From assembly GCA_910592345.1 (NCBI GenBank), contig CAJVPI010000079.1:1-59778 (forward strand): a DNA stretch of 59,778 nucleotides, read 5' to 3'. The DNA is from Paraglomus brasilianum. Taxonomy: Eukaryota. Within the stretch, counting starts at the first letter, position 1. Each line of letters opens with the position of its first letter. The notes under the pieces were generated by a model. It was not told the DNA's origin. It made no database searches and worked only from the letters and a program-made list of their open reading frames with translations. This document shows, piece after piece, positions 54,036 to 59,778 of this stretch. The translations under genes were made by a program, and so were the position numbers.

Positions 54036-57000
54036 TTATATCATTACTACAAAATTGCTTGGTAACAACCCACGAACTCTACTGTCAACAATCTCACCAT
54101 CCCACCATCCATCATCCTGAGTCCTGAAAACGGCAATAATATCTCCCACTCTGAAAGACATTTCCTCGGGAGCATTAGCTGTGTAATCATACATTGCCCT
54201 AACTGTTTAAAGAAAACAATGCATTATTAGTATAATTAGTCGAAGATGTATATTCTTCACCGCGTCTGCTCAAGTCCCAATCTCTTTTAATTTATGACCC
54301 TTTCTAATCGATACCACACTTCCTTTTACTCACCATGAAATAGTATCGGTTTCCCGTCAGCAGTATGATTGAACCTCCCAGGGGCACCACCATATTTTGA
54401 TGGTCGTCCAATTGTAGAATTTCTCTGTATTGTAGACGTTTGACTTCCAAAGCCAGTTGGTCCCCTATTTTGCTGGAAAGCTCCTGGCTGTACTGCTGGC
54501 GGATGACCCGATCCGAGAGGATATCCTGTGGCTATAGTACTATTACGCGTCAGTCCCGGGTTAAGCCGTAACGGGGGTTGAGACGCTGGATTATTTGCCA
54601 AAGATTGTCGCTGCGGGCTATTTACACGCATTGAGGCATTTGATGGAATCTGTGCTCCATACTGACCATTTGGGGCTTGATACATAGAAGTGCGGAATTG
54701 TTGTGCCTGAATGGAGGATTGGCCGCGATCGATTGAATTTCGTGCCGCGTTGTTAACACTTTGGAATCGAGCAGATTCCAGAGGAAGACGATTACCGTTA
54801 GCAACATATTCATCAGCAAGACTATCCTGAATTACTCGTCCTTGTGCATCGAGAGTGATGCCCAGTATAGCAGTAGAAGCACGATATGAATCAGGGCGGA
54901 CTGTTCCTTGGTTTACTGGTTGCGGTGGCGCTCCATTAGTCGACGAGATGTTAGGCGGCGTTGCCGGTTGTGCTTGGGATGACTGGGGAGGAAATTCGGA
55001 TTTTTGAGGAATTGTTGAATTAAAGTAATCCGGAGGAGGTTGTGAAGGAGGCTTGTATGGAGGCTGAGTCTGTAGATTATTTTGGATTTGTTCTTCTTCT
55101 TGCTGTTGTCGCTGCAGTTGTAATAGTTTTTGCTGCAGTTCTTCTTGCTGCAGCTGTTGCTGTTGTTGCTGTTGTTGTTGTTGTTGTTGTTGCTGCTGCT
55201 GCTGCTGCTGTTGTTGTTGTTGCTGTTGCTGTTGTTTCTGTTGCTGTAGCTGCTGTTGCTGTAGCTGCAGTTGTTGCAGTTGTTGTTGTTGCAGCTGTTG
55301 TTGTTGCAGCTGTTGTTGTTGCAGCTGTTGTTGTTGCAGCTGTTGTTGTTGCAGCTGTTGTTGTTGTAGCTGTTGTTGTTGCAGCTGTTGTTGTTGCAAC
55401 TGTTGTTGTTGTTGTTGCTGCTGCTGCTGCTGTAATGGTGGTGGTGGTGGTGATGATGGCGGTGGTGGTGATGATGGCGGCGGTATTATGGTCGCGTTTG
55501 TAACAGTAGGCGGAATAGACGGCTTCGGCGTGCCATGTGATGGAGCTGGTGTATAATTAGCAGACGCTGTCGGCTGTTCTAAATTATCCCCTGACTGTTC
55601 TGCACGTTCTAATTCCGCCAATGCTGCAGCAATTGGATCGTGCTCTATATTTCTACTTGCCTGAAACGCAGTGGTATTCACTGAAAATTGATTAGAGCCT
55701 ACGCTAAGTATTTGTTGTGCTTGCGGATTTAATGGTTCATCATCGGTGGCAGCATCTGGTGTTGCTGGAAGCGGGGCATCTTTGGTTGTAGTGTTTGTTA
55801 CATTGGAGGATGATACCGATGCATATAGAGACGCTCGTCTATTGCCAGTTGTTGGATCATTAATAAATGCTGGAGTAGATTGAGACGTTAGCTGCGGGGG
55901 AGTGTACGTATTTAATCGTGTTGCAGTTGATAACGGTGCCTGTGCCGATGAGGTGATCGAAGAAATTTGGTTGTCTATTGATGAATCTAACTCGGAACTT
56001 GCAACAGCATTTTTAATAACGTATGGTTGGTTTCTTTCGAAATTCGCCGTAGTGTATTGCGGTCCCGGATCCTTCTGTGTTGCGTAGAAGTTGACGTACG
56101 AAACTGATTCTGCAGAAATATTAAAAGTGTGTCAATAACGTCGTTTTTAATTTAGCTTGACGCCGTTCGAGTAACCATTTGCAATTAACATTAGTCGTGT
56201 ACATGCCTGGAATCTGCGGTCCTGTCGCTCGTTCCTTTATAAATGTTGCAATATCTTTGGCTACATCACATTTTTCCAACGGCATTCTGATCCTCTCACA
56301 CGACTATTATTATATGAAATTAACAGCATAGAGGCTTAGAATACAAGTTGTAGGAATAAAGCAGCGTGAAAAGTAACTAAAATGTTCCATACCTCATCAT
56401 CTTGTACTAACACAGCTGCTATTAGATTTGAATATGCCCATATCTTGGTTTTTGTAAATTCTATTCTTTCTTCCTCTAAGGTTTGAAATGTCTACAGAAA
56501 ATAGATTGAACGGTGAGCTTCAAAGTGATGGATTCGATATTGCAATCGTCGGGCAATAGTTACATCACAAGCCGCTTTCCAGTCATAAATCCACCTTTGT
56601 GTTAAATCGGCCATTGTCTTAACAAAATGCTTATATTCTTGATCTAAAATGAAGTGACAAAACAATGAATTAATGACAGGATATAGAATTCGATGTCTCT
56701 ATGGTTCAATCCAATATCGAAGTAATATTCGTAAGTGTCAACATGATGCTAACCTGCCATTTGAGACGACTGCTGAGCCTTTTCGATTTTCATGTTTAAC
56801 TACAAACCATTTCCATAAACTTGTTAGCTATTACTTATTCAATACGAGTGCGATTGATATATACATTTGTAATCACCCTTTCCAGTTCCTTTCCTCTTGC
56901 CGATTGTTTTGATGCTATCAATCCGCTCAATTTAATACATTCTCCATCGTATTTTTCTTTTGCCTGGTTAATTAGGAAATATATTACAATATTAGATAAT

Positions 57001-57861
57001 TTACGCATGGTGTAATTGATTAAATTTAATATAATTGACTTCATTGATTACCCTCTGAACATAAGTCATCTGTAATTGCTTATTCCGGAGACTTTTGTCA
57101 ACGATCGTTGTTTGCTGCAACGTAGTGCAATGTATGATTAAAATATTTTTGAATATTTGGTAACGTAATTGTGATTGTTTTAATTACTTTATTCCTGGAG
57201 TGAAAATATCGTTGCCATTATAAATATGTAATGTACCTCTCGTTTTTTTTCCTTTTGTTGTGTGATAAAGTCATTACATTGCTGCTGCAACTCGTCTCTA
57301 ATGCGTTGGGCAAGCTCAATATGTGCATTTCCGCTTGTCTCTAATTCGGTGCGTGTTGTCTCAAGTGCTTCCCGAAGGGTGCCGGTTTCATCTTTGCCAA
57401 GCGGAGCTTTGGACAATTTAAGCAACCGACGACCATAATCTTCTTCAATAACTGCCCTATTGCATTGAGTTTGTTGATAAGAATGTAAGTATAAATTATA
57501 ACCCAAGTTTGCTAGTCATAATCAATAACCACACATTGCTTATAGCTTGGTTTAGATAGAAGGTTTGAGAGATAAGTCAATTGCTACTATAGTAATAAAA
57601 TAGATCGTTTATTTGCATGGACCAACCTTTCATGGAACATTGTCTTTAGTTCCTCACACGTCTGCCGTGCCTCTCTAAGGCGTGTTACAAGGGCTTCATA
57701 GCCTGCCTCGTCCTTTCCCTATTCATCAAAAAGCATCAACATCAATGACCTACTATCCACAGGGGAAAACCAGTTCAACATATTCATACTTATCGCTCAA
57801 GACATACCCAAAAATGATTAGCAAATATCTCAGGCCGAGCGCCTATTTCGTCCTGTGCCAT
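54036..57861 (-). CDS. F-BAR + SH3 protein (Cdc15/Imp2/Hof1-like, PCH family)
   Basis: MAQDEIGARPEIFANHFW/GKDEAGYEALVTRL, RAVIEEDYGRRLLKLSK, FQTLEEERIEFTK, CERIRMPLEKCDVAKDI. SH3: RAMYDYTANAPEEMSFRVGDII...DDGWWDG...GLLPSNFV. Confidence 0.9.
55140..55435 (-). repeat. Coding polyglutamine / (LQQQQ)n tract
   Basis: CAA/CAG repeats with periodic CTG/CTA Leu, over 90 residues. Confidence 0.95.
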
Positions 57862-59549
57862 GATTACGCCTCGAATGAAGAAAGCGAAAAGGTGCAAAGA
57901 AACATTCTTCCGACAAGTAGTAAACAGATGTCGTAATCCAATTGTATAACGCGGCGCAGTGATTATTTAAGATAACCTGTTCTACATCATCGGTTGATCC
58001 CACTAACCTAATTTTATCCTAGCAGAGAATCACGTTGGTATGTCCGATTTGTTCTACCGACAGTTCGGGCTCCCGACATTATAGTCAAGTTTTAGTTTAT
58101 CGACGTAAAAGGAAGACGAACGTATCCAATCAGAAATGAAAGTTAGATATTTACATAACAATAACGATAGGGCCTATATTGTCGAGAGCACACTTTCGGG
58201 TTATAAAGCTTTTCTGCATTCATTCATTTCCATAACAAGTATCGAGGGAAAATTAATTCCAGCATTGGAACAAAGGAACGATTTGCAGGAACAGAAACCG
58301 AAGAGAAAATCACCAAGGCGATTAAAAGTTGATGTTGTGAAACGTGGAAATCATGCGAGAGTCTATGAAAATTGAAAATCCTCGGACATTACACAGATTT
58401 GCCGAATACATTCTCAAAAGGTAATTCGTCCCAAACATCTGTGACTGCGTTCGTATAAACTTAATATAGACCCAAGAAAGGAAATTCTAATGAAGGCGAG
58501 ACATGCTCGTAAAGTAGTGGAAAATTTAAAGCGTATAAAAAAAGGACTAATACTAACAACTGAACCTTATCTTTATAATATTCCAGAACCATAGTAGTGG
58601 AAGGAGAGAATTATTATAATAATAACGATTGGAGGGTACCGTGGAAGAAAGGTAACTATATGGAATTCTCAGAAGTAGTAAAGAAGTTTAACAAGAAAAT
58701 TGATATGAATTATTATCCAAAGAATGCTTATAAATAGTAGTAAATTCTTTGAGCCGCTATATGATTCTGAATTCTTAAAAGTATTACAGATGCAGATGAA
58801 CTCTGGACAATAGAAAAAATAGTATGGTACAAAAATCCGCCAACAATGGCTCAAAAATATATGAAAGACTTACACGATGCTCCGAAGAAAGAAGGAGCCG
58901 TTCTATCTCATCTATGGAAAGAGGTTAATACATATGTGGGGAAAGTATTCATGTAAATAGAACTGTAAAAACGGAGGTGTTTCTCGCTGGCTTCCAGCGA
59001 CAATGGTAATGTTACACTTGCCAGTGTAGGACTACGACTTCCTCTGTTTAGACGAATGCATCGTAATACTATATGATCAGCGATTATATTATTTACAGTA
59101 GTTCTGACCATATAGTAAAACAACGGCCTTTGCCGTCAAAGTAAACTGACAGTTAGTTTCGATGGGTCCGCGAAAGGAAACTCGCCGCATCGTCAAAATC
59201 AACTGACGATATAAAAAATAAAGTCAAATAAATTATCTATCTAATTTCATTTTGGTATAGTAACGGTATAAGAGGGCCAGTTATTTTCATTTTGGCAGCG
59301 TTTCGGTATAGGACTCGAATTAATTATTATTTAGGCAGAGTTTCGGTATAATTTTGCAATTTCGTGAGAGTTTCGTTTACAACTGTGAATTCACACATAC
59401 AAGCGACGTAAGTCACAGAAAAACGCCTTTCAACTTTGCGCGATTAAGTAGTTTATATTTAATTTCCACTTCCCATAACATTGTATCAGACAACTTGCTT
59501 AAACCAAGTCGTCAAACAGTCCTTTAAATACAAATTCTAACTACAAGAT

Positions 59550-59620
59550 CAACCCGATAAACCGAAGATGTCGGCGCAGCAATTTTCTTCGGATTAGCGG
59601 GGTTGCTCCATAAACCGAAG
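59550..59620. mobile_element. Fragment related to the pogo-like terminus at 1-73
   Basis: CTTCGGATTAGCGGGGTTG versus CTTCGGATTAACGAGGTTG. Confidence 0.35.
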
Positions 59621-59778
59621 TGTATATTCAGGGAAACCATGACGGGGCAAGTCTCAAGCTGCCAGATAACATATATCGTAATCACTACTCTTTATTCGCT
59701 TCTTACTACACTAACAGCTTGTGAAATAACTGCTTATTTGAGATTAAACCTTAAAGTCAGAGATTGATTGACGTATTT

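Noticed and set aside
55042..55503. Val/Ala-rich + strand ORF resembling a membrane protein
   Set aside because: Antisense of the polyQ tract.
58100..59000. Purine-rich + strand stretch resembling a decayed ORF
   Set aside because: Many stops in all frames and no recognisable motif, so no call can be supported.

Overview
AT-rich, intron-rich eukaryotic genomic DNA from an early-diverging fungus. Gene content and TPR style suggest Mucoromycota, possibly Glomeromycotina or Endogonales; this is an inference. The window holds 12 spliced genes: Ubp2-like deubiquitinase (-), CPSF6/CFIm68-like RRM protein (+), an unusual Cdc48/p97 N-domain + ~22-TPR fusion with no ATPase (-), Y14/RBM8A (+), endonuclease G (+), a GT34-like protein lacking catalytic motifs (+), a DIM-2/DNMT1-like C5 DNA methyltransferase (+), TcdA/Tcd1-2-like ThiF enzyme (-), a DH-PH RhoGEF (+), a hypothetical protein (+), class I CPD photolyase (+) and a Cdc15/Hof1-like F-BAR-SH3 protein (-). 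A transposon graveyard at ~6.7-16 kb contains Tc1/mariner and pogo-like remnants, MITEs and two divergently oriented decayed copies of a Fanzor2 (IS607 TnpB-type) RNA-guided nuclease gene. These copies flank an unidentified decayed AT-rich ORF region. Top observations: (1) the Cdc48N-TPR fusion; (2) Fanzor2 relics with a partly reconstructable ancestor and a candidate omegaRNA stem; (3) a CpG-decay footprint between the Fanzor copies; (4) UGUA clusters plus AATAAA inside CFIm68 introns, suggesting autoregulation. Exon boundaries were read by eye and no database searches were run.
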